A DNA stretch of 64,000 bases from Oscillospiraceae bacterium (GCA_015065325.1 SVQO01000002.1:93005-157004), one strand, 5' to 3'; positions 44,186 through 54,396 are shown, counted from the stretch's first letter. The notes: generated from the sequence alone by a model not told the origin. Translations and numbers: made by a program.

Positions 44186-45625
44186 ATGAAAAAGATCATT
44201 GCTTTACTTTGTCTTTTATCGCTTTGCCTGCCCCTGTGCGCATGCACCTCGGAGCTGCAAGCGGAAACCGTTGACGTGAAAAAAACAGAAACGGCAAAAG
44301 AAACCAAGCAGGAGAAGAAACAGGAAAAAGGGGAGATCGTCTACCCCGCCGCCTTTGCCGTAGGCTACGCCCGCATTGATATTACGGGCTCTCTCCCCAT
44401 CCCGATCTTTGAGGACACGGGCACCAAGATCGCCGACCCCTTGTACCTGACCTGCACCGCAGTTTGGGACGGAGAACAGGTGGCTCTCTTGATGTCTGCG
44501 GATCTGCGCGGCATACAGGAAAAAGCCGTGGAAGGCACCAAGGACATGATCTACAAGCAGTTCAAAATCCCGAAGGATAATATCATCATCAATTGCACCC
44601 ACACCCACTCCGCACCGGTGGCAGGTACCGGCGGTGAAGCCTCCCGCGTTCGCTGGAATGCAAACTACTATAAGCAGCTCCCCATCGTTGTGGAAGAGGC
44701 TCTGCGCGATTTGGACGTGGTAGAAGGCGTCTTCACGGGCAAAAGCCACACCGAAAGCCTCACCTTCGTCCGCAGATATCTGATGCCCGACGGCACCTAT
44801 AAGACCCACGGAGACAAAACCGCACTGGGTCACGAAACCGAGGCGGATACCCAGCTTCAGACCCTGCGCTTTGACCGCAAGAGCAAAAAAGACGTTCTGA
44901 TGATCAATTATCAGACCCACCACTGCAGCGGAATCGGCAAGGGCAAGGTCTCCGCAGACTTCGTCGCTCCCTACCGCACCGCCGCAGAGAAGGAACTGGA
45001 CTGCCACTTTGTCTATCATCAGGGTGCAGGCGGCAATATCAATTTCATTTCCCCCATTCCCGACGAAAGAAAATATCCCAATTACATCTCCGCCGCAGAG
45101 GGCTTTATGATCGCCACCCGCGACGCCCTCTCCAAGGAAGAACCCATCCAAACGGGCAAGATCCAAATGATTACCCGCCAGCTGACCGTCACCGTAAAGA
45201 AGGATCCCCCCGAACGGGTCGAAGCAGCGAAAAAGGTTATGGAGGCAGACGAAGCCTTGCGCAGCACCCTTGCCACGCAGTACGGCTTTGAAACCTGGCG
45301 CGCCGCAAACTCCACCCTCACCCGTGCCGACAAAGGAGACACCGAGCAAATGCCCCTGACCACCATCTCCTTCGGCGAGATCGCCTTTGCCGCCGCCCCA
45401 ATTGAAATGTTCGATACCAACGGCAAACAGGTTCGCGACGGTTCCCCCTTCAAAACCACCTATATCTGTTCTCTGACCAACGGTTCCTTCGGTTACGTCC
45501 CCTCCGCGCTTGCCTTCCCCCACGGTTCCTACGAGGTGAACGCCTGCTCATACGTCCCCGGCACCGGTGAGCAGATCGCAGAAGAACTGATCAATATGCT
45601 GAACGAGTGTAAATCTGCTTCTTGA
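44186..45625 (+). CDS. HxH hydrolase-family lipoprotein, array member 1
   Basis: ATG at 44186 follows AAAGGAG. MKKIIALLCLLSLCLPLCAC lipobox and a K/E/T-rich tether. Motifs GYARIDITG, DPLYLTCTAVWDGE, NCTHTHSAP, FVRRYL, HETEADTQLQTLRFDR, GAGGNINF, PIEMFDTNGKQVR, ECKSAS end. Confidence 0.85.
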   Translation: MKKIIALLCLLSLCLPLCACTSELQAETVDVKKTETAKETKQEKKQEKGEIVYPAAFAVGYARIDITGSLPIPIFEDTGTKIADPLYLTCTAVWDGEQVALLMSADLRGIQEKAVEGTKDMIYKQFKIPKDNIIINCTHTHSAPVAGTGGEASRVRWNANYYKQLPIVVEEALRDLDVVEGVFTGKSHTESLTFVRRYLMPDGTYKTHGDKTALGHETEADTQLQTLRFDRKSKKDVLMINYQTHHCSGIGKGKVSADFVAPYRTAAEKELDCHFVYHQGAGGNINFISPIPDERKYPNYISAAEGFMIATRDALSKEEPIQTGKIQMITRQLTVTVKKDPPERVEAAKKVMEADEALRSTLATQYGFETWRAANSTLTRADKGDTEQMPLTTISFGEIAFAAAPIEMFDTNGKQVRDGSPFKTTYICSLTNGSFGYVPSALAFPHGSYEVNACSYVPGTGEQIAEELINMLNECKSAS

Positions 45626-45637
45626 AAGGAGTTTATT

Positions 45638-47077
45638 ATGAAAAAAATTATTGCTTTACTTTGTCTTTTATCCCTTTGCCTGCCGCTGTGCGCATGCGGC
45701 TCGGAGCTGCAAGCGGAAACTGTTGACGCGAAAAAAACAGAAACGGCAGAAAAAGCCACGCAGGAGAAGAAACAGGAAAAAAAGGAGATCGTCTATCCCG
45801 ACTCCTTTGCCGTAGGCTACGCCCGCGCAGATATTACGGGCTCTCTCCCCATCCCGATCTTTGAGGATGAGGGCACTTCCGTTCGCGATCCCCTGATGCT
45901 GTCCTGCACCGCAATATGGGACGGTAAACAGGCGGCGCTTCTGATGTCCGCCGACCTCCGCAGCATGAACAGAAGCGTGTTTGAAAGAAGTGCGGAGATG
46001 ATCCAAAAGCAGTTCAAAATCCCCGCGGAAAATATCATCATCAACTGCACCCATACCCACGAGGCTCCCTCTGCAGGCGGCGGAAGCGATTCGGGCCTTC
46101 GCTGGCTCGCCAATTACTACAAACTCCTGCCCGGTCTGGTAGAAGATGCTCTCCTGGATCTGGACGAGGTAGAAACGACCTACACCGGAAAAAGCTACAC
46201 CAAATCCCTCACCTTCGTGCGCCGCTATCTGTTGCCCGACGGCTCTTATAAGACCAATCCCGGTGCTCAAGCCGTAGTCGCACACGAATCCGACGCGGAC
46301 CCCGAACTGAACACCATCCGCTTTGACCGCAAAACAAAAAAGGACGTTCTGCTGGTCAACCACCAGACCCACTACGTGGGCGGTGTCGGTGAGGGCGCGG
46401 TATCCTCCGATTTCGTCGGCCCCTTCCGCGCCAAGGCTGAAAAAGAATGGGACGTTCACTTTGTTTACCATCAGGGTGCAGGCGGCAACATCAACTTCGT
46501 TTCCCCCATCCCCGGCGAAAGAATCTACTACTCCTACACCGATGCCGCAGAAGGCTATATGATCGCCACCCGCGAGGCGCTTTCTAAGGAAGAAGTGATC
46601 CAAACGGGCAAGATCCAAACCCTTGCACGCCCCATTACCGTCACCGTAAGAAAAGAGCCCGCAGAGGTGGTTGAGCTTGCAAAAAAAGTAATGGCAGCAC
46701 CCGAAAATATGCGAGGAACCCTTGCCGCACAGTACGGATTTGAATCCTGGCGTCACGCCAATTCCACCGTGGGCCGCGCGAACAAGGCAGAAACCGAGGA
46801 CCTTTCCCTGACCGCGATCTCCTTCGGCGAAATCGCTTTCTGCGCTTTCCCCTACGAAATGTTCGACACCAACGGCAAAGAGGTGCGGGACGGCTCCCCC
46901 TTCAAGACCACCTTCATTTGCTCCCTGGCAAACGGCTCCTACGGCTACATTGCTTCCGCGCTTGCCTTCCCTCACGGAACCTATGAGGTAAATGCCTGCC
47001 AGTACGTAGCGGGAACGGGTGAACAGCTTGCCGGCGCAATGCTTACCATGCTCGGCGAGTGTAAATCCGCCGTTTAA
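45638..47077 (+). CDS. HxH hydrolase-family lipoprotein, array member 2
   Basis: 12-nt gap from member 1 and a near-identical signal peptide and tether. NCTHTHEAP, FVRRYL, HESDADPELNTIRFDR, GAGGNINF, PYEMFDTNGKEVR. Confidence 0.85.
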   Translation: MKKIIALLCLLSLCLPLCACGSELQAETVDAKKTETAEKATQEKKQEKKEIVYPDSFAVGYARADITGSLPIPIFEDEGTSVRDPLMLSCTAIWDGKQAALLMSADLRSMNRSVFERSAEMIQKQFKIPAENIIINCTHTHEAPSAGGGSDSGLRWLANYYKLLPGLVEDALLDLDEVETTYTGKSYTKSLTFVRRYLLPDGSYKTNPGAQAVVAHESDADPELNTIRFDRKTKKDVLLVNHQTHYVGGVGEGAVSSDFVGPFRAKAEKEWDVHFVYHQGAGGNINFVSPIPGERIYYSYTDAAEGYMIATREALSKEEVIQTGKIQTLARPITVTVRKEPAEVVELAKKVMAAPENMRGTLAAQYGFESWRHANSTVGRANKAETEDLSLTAISFGEIAFCAFPYEMFDTNGKEVRDGSPFKTTFICSLANGSYGYIASALAFPHGTYEVNACQYVAGTGEQLAGAMLTMLGECKSAV

Positions 47078-47089
47078 CCGAGTAAATAT

Positions 47090-48532
47090 ATGAAAAGGCT
47101 GTTTGCTTTTCTTTGCCTTTGCGCAATGATTTTCCCCCTCGCCTCCTGCGCCGCCGACTCTCTTGAAACCGAAACGGTCAAGGAAGAGGCGGAGGTAAAA
47201 ACCGTGGCGAAAGAAAAAAAGACGGGAGCCCTCTTTTACCCCGACTCCTTTGCCGTCGGTTACGCCCGCGCGGATATTACGGGAACCCCTCCCCACCCCT
47301 CGCAAAGCGGTGAATTAACCGGGGTGCACGACCCGCTGATGCTGACCTGCACCGCCGTCTGGGACGGAGAACAGGCGGCTCTTATCATGAGCGCCGACGT
47401 TCTGCAGATCAATCGCGACGTACATCTTCGCCTGTGTCGGATGGCAGAGGAAAAATTCGGAATCCCCGAGGAGCGCATCATCCTCAGTGCCACCCATACC
47501 CACACCGGTCTGACCGTGGGAAACGATTCTCCCGCAGGCGCTCGCTTTCTGACCAATTTTTACAAGGTGTTTCCCCAAGTCGTTGAGGAGGCACTGCGGG
47601 ACCTGGACGAGGTAGAAGCGGCATACGCGGGAAAGGGCGAAGTAGAGGAGGGCGTGACCTTCGTCCGCCGCTATCTGATGCCCGACGGGACCTACAAGAC
47701 CCACGGAGATGAAACTGCCGTGCGGCACGAGACCGATGCGGACCGCGAGCTGAGAACCGTCCGTTTTGATCGCAAAACGAAAAAGGACGTTCTGCTGGTA
47801 AATTATCAAACCCACCACGGCGGCGCGGGAAGCGTTTATCCCGGTTGTATTTCCGCAGACTGGGTCCACCCGTTCCGTAGCAGTGCGGAACAGGAATTCG
47901 ACTGTCTCTTCTCCTACCAAAGCGGTGCGGAGGGCAACATCAATTTCGTATCCCCCATCCCGGGGGAGCGCAAATATCCCACCTTCGTCAAAGCCATCCC
48001 CGCCTTTATCACGGCGACCAAAGCTGCCCTTGAAACGGAGGAAAAAGCGGAGACGGGCAAGATCGTCTCTGCGAGCACCGTGGTCGTCGCCACCGTAAAA
48101 AAGGATACCCCCGAGCGTATCGCACGGGCACAGGAGATCTCCGGTGCGGAGAACGAGGAGAAAAAGACTTTTCTGGTAAAGCAATACGGCTTTCAATCCG
48201 AGCACGAAGCGGGAGCTGTTTTAAAGCGGAACAATCAGCTCGGCGAAACCGAGGACGTACCGCTGAATTGCATCGTCTTCGGCGACCTTGCCTTTGCCGC
48301 CTTTCCCTTCGAGCAGTTTGACACAAGCGGAAAGGAGGTTCGGGACGCCTCCCCCTACAAAATGACCTTCATTAACGGACTTTCCGGCGGTACCTACGGC
48401 TATATGCCTACCCTGGAAGCCTTCCCCCACGGCGGCTACGAGGTAGCTGTCTGTCCCTATACCCCCGGCTGTGCCGAAATGTTTACGGAAGCAATGCAAA
48501 AACTTTTGACCGAATGCAAGAATAAGGAGTGA
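47090..48532 (+). CDS. HxH hydrolase-family lipoprotein, array member 3
   Basis: Lipobox FPLASC. SATHTHTGL, FVRRYL, HETDADRELRTVRFDR, GAEGNINF, PFEQFDTSGKEVR. Confidence 0.85.
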   Translation: MKRLFAFLCLCAMIFPLASCAADSLETETVKEEAEVKTVAKEKKTGALFYPDSFAVGYARADITGTPPHPSQSGELTGVHDPLMLTCTAVWDGEQAALIMSADVLQINRDVHLRLCRMAEEKFGIPEERIILSATHTHTGLTVGNDSPAGARFLTNFYKVFPQVVEEALRDLDEVEAAYAGKGEVEEGVTFVRRYLMPDGTYKTHGDETAVRHETDADRELRTVRFDRKTKKDVLLVNYQTHHGGAGSVYPGCISADWVHPFRSSAEQEFDCLFSYQSGAEGNINFVSPIPGERKYPTFVKAIPAFITATKAALETEEKAETGKIVSASTVVVATVKKDTPERIARAQEISGAENEEKKTFLVKQYGFQSEHEAGAVLKRNNQLGETEDVPLNCIVFGDLAFAAFPFEQFDTSGKEVRDASPYKMTFINGLSGGTYGYMPTLEAFPHGGYEVAVCPYTPGCAEMFTEAMQKLLTECKNKE

Positions 48533-48537
48533 TTACA

Positions 48538-49812
48538 ATGACAATTTTTACCGTTGGCTTTGGAAGAAAACAACTGACGGGGCCCCTGCCCATCAACACA
48601 TGGAACAGCACCGCCGATACCTACCGCGACCCCCTTTATCTGACCTGCGTGGCTCTCTCCGACGGAGAAAGCACTGCGCTGATCATGAGTGCGGATGTTA
48701 TGAAGATCGACGGAGGCGCCTTTGAGGAATGTGCCAAGCGCTTGAAGGAAAAGCTTGGGATCGAGAGAAAAAGCATTCTCATCAGTGCCATCCATTCCCA
48801 TTATGCGCCCACCATCAGTCGCACCTGCCCCTGGGCAGAGAGCTTCTTTGCATCGGCTGTTGAGGTAGCAGAAAGCGCCATCGCCGATCTGGCTCCCGCC
48901 AAGGTGTTCGCGGGGAAGGGCCACACCGACTCTCTGACCTTCGTGCGCCGCTATTTGCTGGCAGACGGCACCTGGAAATTCAATCCGAGCGCCGCAGACA
49001 ACCCCGTTGCCCACGAATCCGAGGCGGACAGCGAAATGCGCACCCTACGCTTTGTCCGCGAGGGAAAAAAGGATATTCTGATGGCAAACTATCAGACCCA
49101 TTACCACGGCGGCGTCGGAAAAAACGTAATCACCGCCGACGTATTCGGAGATTTCAGAGCCCTTGCGGAAGAAGCGCTCGGCTGTGAGTTTATGTACTGC
49201 AGCGGTGCATCGGGCAATCTGAACTTCTTTTCCGTCATCCACGGCGAGAGAAAGCACCCCTCTATCGGTGCTGCGGCGGCGGAACTGCTTCGCACCGCAA
49301 AGGAATCCATTGCCTCGGAAACCGAAGTGAAAACGGGCAAGCTCGTGACCGCCACCTCCGTTTACAAGGGCAAAGTCCGCCACGATTCGGAGGAGCGCAT
49401 CGCCCAGGCCAGACAGATCCGCGATGCAGGACGGGATACCCCGGAGGGTGCCGAGCTGGTGAAAAAATTCGGTTTCGTCAACAAGTACGAGCCCGGTGCC
49501 ATTTTGGTCCGCAACAATTTGGGAGAAACGCTGGATCTGCACTTTTTCACCGTTGCCTTCGGCGACGTTGCCGTATCCGGCGTCCCCTTCGAGCAGTTTG
49601 ATACCAACGCCCAAGAGGTACGCGCCGCTTCTCCCTTTAAAATGACCTTTACTCTGTCCATGACCAACGAATCCTTCGCCTACGTGCCCTCCGCCCTTGC
49701 AGACCACCACCGTTCCTACGAGGTGGCAACCTCCAAGTTCGTTCCCGGAAGCGGTACCGAATTTGCCGCGGAGCAGCTCCGTCTTCTGGGCGAATGCAAA
49801 AGCGCCTATTAA
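48538..49812 (+). CDS. HxH hydrolase-family protein, array member 4, leaderless (no signal peptide or tether)
   Basis: ATG at 48538 is 9 nt after the AAGGAG that lies inside the last codons of member 3. The product starts MTIFTVGFGRKQLTGPLP, at the first conserved block of the family. SAIHSHYAP, FVRRYL, HESEADSEMRTLRF, GASGNLNF. Confidence 0.8.
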   Translation: MTIFTVGFGRKQLTGPLPINTWNSTADTYRDPLYLTCVALSDGESTALIMSADVMKIDGGAFEECAKRLKEKLGIERKSILISAIHSHYAPTISRTCPWAESFFASAVEVAESAIADLAPAKVFAGKGHTDSLTFVRRYLLADGTWKFNPSAADNPVAHESEADSEMRTLRFVREGKKDILMANYQTHYHGGVGKNVITADVFGDFRALAEEALGCEFMYCSGASGNLNFFSVIHGERKHPSIGAAAAELLRTAKESIASETEVKTGKLVTATSVYKGKVRHDSEERIAQARQIRDAGRDTPEGAELVKKFGFVNKYEPGAILVRNNLGETLDLHFFTVAFGDVAVSGVPFEQFDTNAQEVRAASPFKMTFTLSMTNESFAYVPSALADHHRSYEVATSKFVPGSGTEFAAEQLRLLGECKSAY

Positions 49813-49859
49813 AGCAAAATAACCGTACAGACAGAAATAGAAAGAAAGGACTGTCTCCC

Positions 49860-51317
49860 ATGAAAAGGCTTATTGCACTTCTCTGCCTTTTGGCGATCTG
49901 TCTGCCCCTGTGCGCTTGCTCCTCCTCCCTGGAGAGCACCGCCACCGTACCCGCAGAAAAGGCGACGGAAGAACAAAAGACCGAAAGCACCAAGAAGGAA
50001 AACGACGAGATCGTATATCCCAAGGATTGCTTTTCCGTCGGCTACGCCCGCGTGGATATCACACCCAAGGAGGTGCTTCCCATTTTTGAGGGCACCGGTG
50101 ATTCTGCCCACGATCCTCTCCAGCTGACCGTCACCGCCCTTTGCGACGGAGAAAGTGCCGCGCTCTTGATCTCCGTGGACGTTCGGTCCATTCGCATCGG
50201 CATCGCGGAGGCCTGTCAGCGTCTTATCGAGCTGAGTGTAAAGGTGCCCGCGGATCGGGTGCTGATCAACGCCACCCATACCCATTCCGCTCCCGCTCCC
50301 GGCTTTGACGCGGAAAAGGAGACCCAATGGGTCAACAACGTTTTATACAAGCAGCTTATCGTCGCCGTAAAGGAGGCACTGCGTGATCTGACTCCCGCCG
50401 AGGCCTATACGGGCGTCTCCCATACCGACGGGATCACCTTCGTCCGCCGTTATCTGAAGGCAAACGGAAAATATCAGACCAACGCCTCCGCTGCGGACAA
50501 CCCTGTCGCACACGAATCCGTTGCCGACAACGAAATGCGGGTGATCCGCTTTGAGCGCGAAGGGAAAAAGGACGTTCTGATGGTCAATTACCAGACCCAC
50601 TACGGCGGAGCTCCCTCCCTCTACCCCAACCAATACTCCGCGGACTTCGTCCACACCTTCCGTCAGGCGGCAGAAACGGAGCTGGATTGCCTCTTTACCT
50701 ACCACAGCGGCGCCTCCGGCAACCTGAACTTCAATTCTCCCATTTCCGGTGAAAAGAAATGCGCCAATTTCGTGGACGCCACCGAGGAGCTGATGCGAGC
50801 GGCAAAGGACGCCGTCGCCAAGGAAGAAAAGGCAGTGACCGACAAGCTCCGTTCCGCTTCCTCCAAATACGCCGCAAGCGTGATAAAAGAATCCGAGGAG
50901 CGTCTTACCCACGCGAAAGAGGTCAACTCCCTTCGAAGCGCAGGCAAGGACTTTCATTCCCTGCTGAACAAATACGGCTTTGCTTCCAAATACGAGGCAA
51001 CCGCCGTGATCATGCGTGCGGGACTGGGTGAAAATCCGGAGATCCCCTTTACCGCCATTTCCTGCGGCGATCTTGCCTTTGTCTCCGCCCCTTACGAAAT
51101 GTTTGATACCAACGGACAGGAGGTCAGAGCCGCATCCCCCTTTAAAACCACCTTTATCTGCTCTTTGACCAACGGCTCCTTCGGCTACGTGCCATCCGCT
51201 CTTGCCGTTCCCCACGGCTCCTACGAGGTGATCATCACCTACTTTGAATACGGAAGCGCAGAGAAATTCGTCGCCGAAATGGTACGACTGCTGGGCGAGT
51301 GTAAAAACGCAAACTGA
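49860..51317 (+). CDS. HxH hydrolase-family lipoprotein, array member 5
   Basis: ATG at 49860 (MKRLIALLCLLAICLPLCAC). NATHTHSAP, FVRRYL, HESVADNEMRVIRFER, GASGNLNF, PYEMFDTNGQEVR. Confidence 0.85.
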   Translation: MKRLIALLCLLAICLPLCACSSSLESTATVPAEKATEEQKTESTKKENDEIVYPKDCFSVGYARVDITPKEVLPIFEGTGDSAHDPLQLTVTALCDGESAALLISVDVRSIRIGIAEACQRLIELSVKVPADRVLINATHTHSAPAPGFDAEKETQWVNNVLYKQLIVAVKEALRDLTPAEAYTGVSHTDGITFVRRYLKANGKYQTNASAADNPVAHESVADNEMRVIRFEREGKKDVLMVNYQTHYGGAPSLYPNQYSADFVHTFRQAAETELDCLFTYHSGASGNLNFNSPISGEKKCANFVDATEELMRAAKDAVAKEEKAVTDKLRSASSKYAASVIKESEERLTHAKEVNSLRSAGKDFHSLLNKYGFASKYEATAVIMRAGLGENPEIPFTAISCGDLAFVSAPYEMFDTNGQEVRAASPFKTTFICSLTNGSFGYVPSALAVPHGSYEVIITYFEYGSAEKFVAEMVRLLGECKNAN

Positions 51318-51326
51318 ATCAATACC

Positions 51327-51359
51327 GAAAACGGAAGATTTTTCTTCCGTTTTTCTTTT
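51327..51359 (+). terminator. Array terminator (AACGGAAG-type hairpin) after member 5
   Basis: Stem AACGGAAGA / TCTTCCGTT with loop TTTT, then a T-run. Confidence 0.8.
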
Positions 51360-51370
51360 CGAATCGGTAA

Positions 51371-51416
51371 AAATTCACTAAATATTCACCCTTTTTCTTC
51401 TCTCTCTTGGTAACAT
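51371..51416 (+). promoter_or_regulatory. Array promoter region upstream of member 6 (diverged box)
   Basis: AAATTCACTAAATATTCACC resembles the AAC(C/T)GAATATTCATTG box. A TAACAT -10-like hexamer sits at 51411..51416, and the -35 is unclear. Confidence 0.35.
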
Positions 51417-51451
51417 ATACATATACCTTCATATAAAAGGAGAAGTGTTTC

Positions 51452-52897
51452 GTGAAAAAGCTCATGGCGTTTCTTTGTCTTTTGGCGATCTGTCTGCCTC
51501 TTGCCGCTTGCGCAGACCCTTCCCCGGAGAGTACGGAAAACAAGCCAGCGGAAAAGCCGACGGAAGTAAAAAAGACACAAGCAGTTGAATCGGTCAAGGA
51601 TTTTAATATAGAAACGGATCTGCCCGAGGGCTTTGCCGTAGGCTTTGGCAGAGTGGATATCTCCGGTCCCTTGCCCGTAGACGTATGGGAGGGCGAGGCA
51701 ACCAAGGTCCGCGACCCCATCTACCTGACCTGCACCGCCGTTTCCGACGGTCAAAATGTTGCCCTGCTTATGGCGGCAGATACCCGCGGCATCAAGCTCT
51801 CCGCCTATGAGAGCGTTGCCAAAGCAATGAATAAGAAATACGGCATTCCCAGAGAAAACGTCCTCATCAACGTAACCCACTCCCACCACGCTCCCACCAT
51901 CGGCTCCAACGCCCGTTGGCTGACGAATTTTCACAAGCTGGTCCCCGTGGCAGTGGAGGAAGCTCTGCGGGATCTGACGCCCGCCAAAGCGTATGCAGGC
52001 AAGGGCTACACCGAGAGTCTGACCTTCGTGCGCCGCTATCTGCTGGAGGACGGCAGCTATATGACCAACGCCAACGCCGCCGATAAGCCCGTGGCACATG
52101 AGACCGAGGCGGATAACGAGCTGCGCACCGTCCGCTTTGAGCGGGAGGGCAAAAAGGACGTTCTGATGGTCAACTACCAGACCCACTATATGGGCGGTAT
52201 CAACAAAGCGGAGCTTTCCGCAGATATTTTCGGAGCCTTTCGCAAGAGCGTGGAAAAGGAGCTGGGCTGTCTTTTCGTTTATTACAGCGGCTCCTCGGGC
52301 AATCTGAATTGTAATTCCCCCATTGAAGGAGAACGGATCTATCACACCTTTGAGGAAGCTGCGGTGGAATTCACCCGCGCCGTCAAGACGGCACTGGAGA
52401 ATGAAGCCGAAGTCGCCACAGGCAAGGTCGTTGCAAAAACCTCCGTCTATAAGGGAACCGTGCTCCACGACGATCCCGCCCTTGTAGAGAAAGCGAAGGA
52501 GATCGCCGACGCAGGCAGAGACACGGCTCAGGGAAAAGCCCTGATCGCCAAATACGGCTTTATCTCCAAGTATGCGGCAACTGCCGTGGTGACCCGCGCC
52601 AATATGGGCGAGACCCAAGATCTGAACTTTTTTGCCGTTTCCTTCGGCGACATTGCTTTCGCCACCGCACCCTACGAGCAGTTTGATACCAACGGCAGAG
52701 AGGTTCGCGACGCATCTCCCTTCCCCGTAACCTTTACGCTGTCCATCACCAACGAGTCCAACGGATACGTTCCCTCTGCCTACGCTTTCGGGCATTACAG
52801 CTACGAGGTAGCCATTTCTCGCTTCATTCCCGGGAGCGGAGAGGAATTTGCACGTGAGCAGGTTCGCCTGCTGGACGAATGTAAAGTAGCATCATAA
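51452..52897 (+). CDS. HxH hydrolase-family lipoprotein, array member 6
   Basis: GTG start after AAAGGAG. Lipobox LPLAAC. GFGRVDISGPLP, NVTHSHHAP, FVRRYL, HETEADNELRTVRFER, GSSGNLNC. Confidence 0.85.
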   Translation: MKKLMAFLCLLAICLPLAACADPSPESTENKPAEKPTEVKKTQAVESVKDFNIETDLPEGFAVGFGRVDISGPLPVDVWEGEATKVRDPIYLTCTAVSDGQNVALLMAADTRGIKLSAYESVAKAMNKKYGIPRENVLINVTHSHHAPTIGSNARWLTNFHKLVPVAVEEALRDLTPAKAYAGKGYTESLTFVRRYLLEDGSYMTNANAADKPVAHETEADNELRTVRFEREGKKDVLMVNYQTHYMGGINKAELSADIFGAFRKSVEKELGCLFVYYSGSSGNLNCNSPIEGERIYHTFEEAAVEFTRAVKTALENEAEVATGKVVAKTSVYKGTVLHDDPALVEKAKEIADAGRDTAQGKALIAKYGFISKYAATAVVTRANMGETQDLNFFAVSFGDIAFATAPYEQFDTNGREVRDASPFPVTFTLSITNESNGYVPSAYAFGHYSYEVAISRFIPGSGEEFAREQVRLLDECKVAS

Positions 52898-52910
52898 AAA
52901 GGAGTTCATT

Positions 52911-54350
52911 ATGAAAAAAATCGTTGCAATTTTCTGTCTTTTGGCGCTTTGTCTGCCCCTGTGTGCCTGTTCTTCCTCCTCTTTGGAAAGCGCCGAGCCA
53001 AAGCCCGCGCAGACCGCCACCGCAGACGAGAAAGAAACCAAAGCCCCCGCAAAGCTTGAAAAATTCGATATGGAAAAAGATCTGCCCGAGAACTTTTCCG
53101 TAGGCTTCGGCAGAGTAGATATTTCCGGTCCCCTGCCCGTAGGGATCTGGGAGGGCGAGGCGACCAAGGTCCGCGACCCCCTTTACCTGACCTGTATCGC
53201 CGTTTCCGACGGTGAAAACGTAGCGCTTCTGATGAGTGCCGACGCAATGGGAATTCAGCTTTCCGTTTACAACCAATGTGCAAAAAAAGTGATGCAGGAA
53301 TATGGCATTCCCGCGGAGAATCTGCTCATCAACGTGACCCACTCCCATTCCGCGCCCAGCATCGGCTCCAACGACCGCTGGCTGAAAAGCTTTTATGAAA
53401 AATTCGACGACGCGGTAGAGCAGGCACTCCACGACCTTGCACCTGCAAAGGCTTACGCGGGCAAGGGCTACACCGACTCTCTGAACTTCGTGCGCCGCTA
53501 TCTGATGCCCGACGGCTCCTGGGTTACCAATGCAGGCTCCACCGCCGTTGCCCACGAATCCGAGGCGGACAACGAGGTCCGTACCCTTCGCTTTGAGCGC
53601 GAGGGCAAAAAGGATATTCTGATGACCAACTACCAGTCCCACTATATGGGCGGCGCGGGTGAAGAAAATCTTTCCGCAGATATTTTCGGAGAATTCCGCA
53701 AGGAATCGGAAAAGGAGCTGGACGTGCTTTTCGTCTATTTCAGCGGCTCCAGCGGCAATCTGAACTTTAATTCCGCCATTCCCGGTGAGAGAAAGTACTT
53801 CAACTGGAATGAAGGTGCCAAGGAATTCGTCCGCGCCGTCAAGGTCGCTCTGGAGGGTGAAGCGGAGGTCGCCACAGGCAAGATCGTGGCAAAAGCCTCC
53901 GTCTACCAGGCAAAGGTCAAGCAGGACGATCCCGAGCGCATCAAACACGCCGAGGAGATCGCCGCCACCACCGACGAAAAGCTGAAAGCGGAAAAGATCC
54001 GCCTGTACGGCTTCCTTTCCAAATACGAGGCAAGTGCCGTGGTGACCCGCGCAAGCTTGGGACCCACCAAGGATCTTCACTTCTTTGCCGTCTCCTTCGG
54101 CGACGTCGCCTTTTCCACCGCTCCCTTCGAGCAGTTTGACACCAACGGGCAGGAGGTCAGAGCCGCATCCCCCTTCAAGATGACCTTTACGCTGTCCATG
54201 ACCAACGAGTCCAACAACTACGTACCCTCCGCCCTGGCTGAGGAGCATTACAGCTACGAGGTTTCCACCTGCCGCTTTGAAAAGGGCAGCGGAACCGCCT
54301 TTGCAAACGAGCAAATCCGTCTTCTGGGCGAATGCAAAAGCGCCTATTAA
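52911..54350 (+). CDS. HxH hydrolase-family lipoprotein, array member 7
   Basis: 13-nt gap from member 6. Lipobox LPLCAC. GFGRVDISGPLP, NVTHSHSAP, FVRRYL, HESEADNEVRTLRFER, GSSGNLNF. Confidence 0.85.
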   Translation: MKKIVAIFCLLALCLPLCACSSSSLESAEPKPAQTATADEKETKAPAKLEKFDMEKDLPENFSVGFGRVDISGPLPVGIWEGEATKVRDPLYLTCIAVSDGENVALLMSADAMGIQLSVYNQCAKKVMQEYGIPAENLLINVTHSHSAPSIGSNDRWLKSFYEKFDDAVEQALHDLAPAKAYAGKGYTDSLNFVRRYLMPDGSWVTNAGSTAVAHESEADNEVRTLRFEREGKKDILMTNYQSHYMGGAGEENLSADIFGEFRKESEKELDVLFVYFSGSSGNLNFNSAIPGERKYFNWNEGAKEFVRAVKVALEGEAEVATGKIVAKASVYQAKVKQDDPERIKHAEEIAATTDEKLKAEKIRLYGFLSKYEASAVVTRASLGPTKDLHFFAVSFGDVAFSTAPFEQFDTNGQEVRAASPFKMTFTLSMTNESNNYVPSALAEEHYSYEVSTCRFEKGSGTAFANEQIRLLGECKSAY

Positions 54351-54396
54351 AGCAAAATAACCGTATAAACAGAATAGAATGAAAGGACTGTCTTCC

